Positions 61,850-64,000 of a stretch of 64,000 nucleotides of DNA are shown here, piece after piece. The notes under the pieces are model-generated. The model had not been told where the DNA came from, did not search any database, and saw nothing but the letters and a program-made list of their open reading frames with translations. The DNA is from an uncultured Alphaproteobacteria bacterium (GTDB taxonomy: Bacteria; Pseudomonadota; Alphaproteobacteria; Rhizobiales; Beijerinckiaceae), in assembly GCA_963700795.1 (NCBI GenBank), contig CAVOYX010000006.1, forward strand, positions 391,862-455,861. The letters run 5' to 3'. A program made the translations under genes and the position numbers. Position 1 is the stretch's first letter, and each line of letters begins with the position of its first letter.

Positions 61850-62242
61850 ATGCCCATGTTCATCAACCCTTCGAATGTCACGACACCGCCATCCAGCTAT
61901 TCGCACGGGGTGCTGCTTGGCCCCTATGCACGAAGGCTGATTATTTCAGGCCAGGTCGGCGCCAGACCGGACGGGACGATGGCCGAAGGCATCAAGGCAC
62001 AGACCGAACAGGCGATCGACAACCTGTTCAACGTCATTGCAGCGGCACAGATGAAGCCAACCGACATAGTCAAGATTGTGACCTTCCTGACCCGTCGCGA
62101 AGATCTTGCCGTTTTGCGCGAAGTGCGTTCGGCAAAATTCGGCAAGCACGCTCCCGCCAGCACGCTGTTGATTGTTTCCGGTCTGGCAAATCCGGAGTAT
62201 CTCATCGAAATCGAGGCCGAAGCGATTCAGGAAGCGCGGTAG
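61850..62242 (+). CDS. RidA/YjgF family protein
   Basis: SYSHG, ISGQVG, QTEQA..NL, DIVK, PASTL..VSGLA.P..LIEIEA.A. Confidence 0.92.
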   Translation: MPMFINPSNVTTPPSSYSHGVLLGPYARRLIISGQVGARPDGTMAEGIKAQTEQAIDNLFNVIAAAQMKPTDIVKIVTFLTRREDLAVLREVRSAKFGKHAPASTLLIVSGLANPEYLIEIEAEAIQEAR

Positions 62243-62285
62243 CGCTGCGGCAGATATACCGCCGATGGACAAAAGAGGCACACCA

Positions 62286-62498
62286 ATGAGCGAACGCAAG
62301 AGTATTCATCTTAATGTGCAGGGCATGACGTGCCAGGGCTGTGTCAATGCGGTGACGCGCGTCGTCAAGAAATCCGACCCGCAAGCGGATGTGAAAATCG
62401 ACCTGGCCAGCGGCAAGGTCGACATCGAAAGCGATGTGGACGCTGCTTTGGTAACCGCGGCTATCGAGAAAGCCGGATACGGCGCGCAGCTGCGTTAG
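62286..62498 (+). CDS. copZ: CopZ-like heavy-metal-associated (HMA) chaperone
   Basis: VQGMTCQGCV, V.IDL..G.V, AIEKAGY; AGAGG RBS. Confidence 0.9.
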   Translation: MSERKSIHLNVQGMTCQGCVNAVTRVVKKSDPQADVKIDLASGKVDIESDVDAALVTAAIEKAGYGAQLR

Positions 62499-63211
62499 AT
62501 TTTTGCAATGCGCCCATCGACGATATGGACGCGCCTGTCGGCGCGGGCGGCCAGCTCTAGGTCATGTGTAACGACGACCACGGAACGGCCCGGAACCCCG
62601 TCGACTTTTGCATCGACAATCTCGCGGAAAATTTCCAGCACCTGATCGCTTGAAGCCGTGTCGAGATTGCCTGTAGGTTCATCGGCCAGAATGACAGAAG
62701 GCTCGTTGGCCAGCGCCCGCGCGATTGCGACACGCTGACGTTGCCCGCCGGACATTTTGTCAGGCGTCTTGCCAGCATGATCCTGAAGGGTAAGCGACGT
62801 CAAAAGATCCATGCCACGCTGATGCATCTGTTTGGGAGACAACCGCTTCATGGCGCGCATGGGTAACATTACATTTTCAAGCGCCGTCAGTTCAGGCAGC
62901 AAGAAATGGAACTGGAATACGAAACCGAGCGTCGACAGACGTATCGCGGCGAGCTTCTCTTCGCTCAAACGGGTGGTATTGCGTCCCTTCACATGAACCT
63001 CTCCACTCGTAGGTGCATCCAGCAAGCCAAGCAGATACAGAAGAGATGATTTGCCGGAACCGGATGGGCCGGTGATGGACACGAACTCGCCGGGCGCGAT
63101 CGCCAAGTCGATATCGGCCACGAGAGTCGTCTTCACTTCATCGCCGATGATGCGCGTTGCCTTGCGCAGTTCCAGCAATGGCACGGACAGTTCGGCAGTC
63201 GGCGCGCTCAT
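62495..63211 (-). CDS. ABC transporter ATP-binding protein (LolD/MacB type)
   Basis: GPSGSGKS, GFVFQFHFLL, MSGGQRQRVAIARAL, LADEPTGNLD, VTHD. Confidence 0.94.
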   Translation of the reverse strand: MSAPTAELSVPLLELRKATRIIGDEVKTTLVADIDLAIAPGEFVSITGPSGSGKSSLLYLLGLLDAPTSGEVHVKGRNTTRLSEEKLAAIRLSTLGFVFQFHFLLPELTALENVMLPMRAMKRLSPKQMHQRGMDLLTSLTLQDHAGKTPDKMSGGQRQRVAIARALANEPSVILADEPTGNLDTASSDQVLEIFREIVDAKVDGVPGRSVVVVTHDLELAARADRRVHIVDGRIAKI

Positions 63212-64000
63212 GTCGCGCCCCTGATGATTTCGACAGGGCGCATGGACGCAGCCTTGCGGGCCGGAAAATATCCGGCGATCAAGGATGCAGCGAGTGCAAC
63301 CGCGCCAGCAAGAGCATAATGCGTCGGTGCGTAGTAGATCGGGAGATGGGTGGCATCCATGAAGGGAGATTTTATTTCAATGGTTCCCATGCCAAGGCTG
63401 AGGAAATAGCCGAGCATCCACCCCACACCCATGCCTATGAGGCCGATGATAAGCGCTTCGGTTACGAAAATCCGGCGGACCGTCTTTGATGGAATGCCGA
63501 GGGATTTCATGATCGCAATGTCGCGCGATTTCTCATGTGTGATAGTCGAGATGATGTTGTAGGTGCCGAACGAGGCGACCAGGAGAATGGCGCCGACAAC
63601 GGCATACATGATGATATTCCGGATTTGAAATGCCGACAGCAAATCTTCGTTGGCTTCCTGCCAGGAGACAGCCTTGTATCCGGTCTCGCCTTCAATACGC
63701 GCGGCGATTTCGCGCGCAGAAAGCGCTTCACGGGTCTTGATCCTTATTTCATTCACCAGGCCGGTTTGTCCGGCAAGGATCTGCGCTGTCTTCAACAGCG
63801 TGTGCACTTGCGTATCGTCAATCTGGCTGACGCCAGTGTGCGAAAGCGCAACAACCGTAACGCTCATGGTGCGTCCATTGCCTGCCGTTAGCGACAACGT
63901 GTTGCCGATACGCGCACCAATTTTTGTCGCCAGCCTGTCGCCGAGGATGACGGCATTGGAGGATTTGAAAAGATCGCTCAGGGCGCCACTCCTGATTTGT
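63208..64000 (-). CDS. ABC transporter permease (LolC/E, FtsX-like); 5' end outside the window
   Basis: SWQEAN, EKSRDIAIMKSLG, IFVTEA..IG, PARKAA...PVEIIRG; the frame stays open to the window edge. Confidence 0.92.
   Translation of the reverse strand, partial: QIRSGALSDLFKSSNAVILGDRLATKIGARIGNTLSLTAGNGRTMSVTVVALSHTGVSQIDDTQVHTLLKTAQILAGQTGLVNEIRIKTREALSAREIAARIEGETGYKAVSWQEANEDLLSAFQIRNIIMYAVVGAILLVASFGTYNIISTITHEKSRDIAIMKSLGIPSKTVRRIFVTEALIIGLIGMGVGWMLGYFLSLGMGTIEIKSPFMDATHLPIYYAPTHYALAGAVALAASLIAGYFPARKAASMRPVEIIRGAT

Noticed and set aside
1-64000. Prophage, IS, integrase, defence island, tRNA or rRNA genes
   Set aside because: No such protein motifs, terminal repeats or structural RNA signatures were recognised in the window.

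Overview
GC-rich (about 60%) alphaproteobacterial chromosome segment with a Rhizobiales/Hyphomicrobiales-type gene complement; the taxonomic call is inferred from gene content. It is mostly core genes: thrC, a rimJ-like acetyltransferase, an rgsP-like 7TM-PAS-GGDEF-EAL protein, yqgE, rsmE, ubiA, gshA, a Kef-type antiporter, ispH, thrB, rnhA, waaA, lpxK, msrA/msrB, xseA, purD, a tadA-like deaminase, rluB, rsmD, mutL, an M16 peptidase pair, lspA, ileS and ribF. I found no tRNA, rRNA, prophage, transposase or true CRISPR array. Many genes, including the essential ileS and ribF, are split by single-base indels that most likely are long-read or assembly errors. Features read directly from the sequence and absent from the ORF track: (1) a 17-codon Ile-rich leader peptide with a hairpin upstream of ileS, a candidate attenuator; (2) a near-consensus Zur box in front of an uncharacterised outer-membrane beta-barrel gene; (3) two tandem 53-aa Flp pilin genes with CtrA-like boxes; (4) a perfect CtrA box upstream of the EAL gene and a 1-mismatch box upstream of an orphan CheY; (5) a four-copy, 62-bp-period palindromic REP-like array; (6) a 51-aa basic protein. 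A metallophosphoesterase plus Ser/Thr kinase-USP operon, a fluoroacetate-dehalogenase-like hydrolase and a 159-bp coding VNTR in rluB are also notable.
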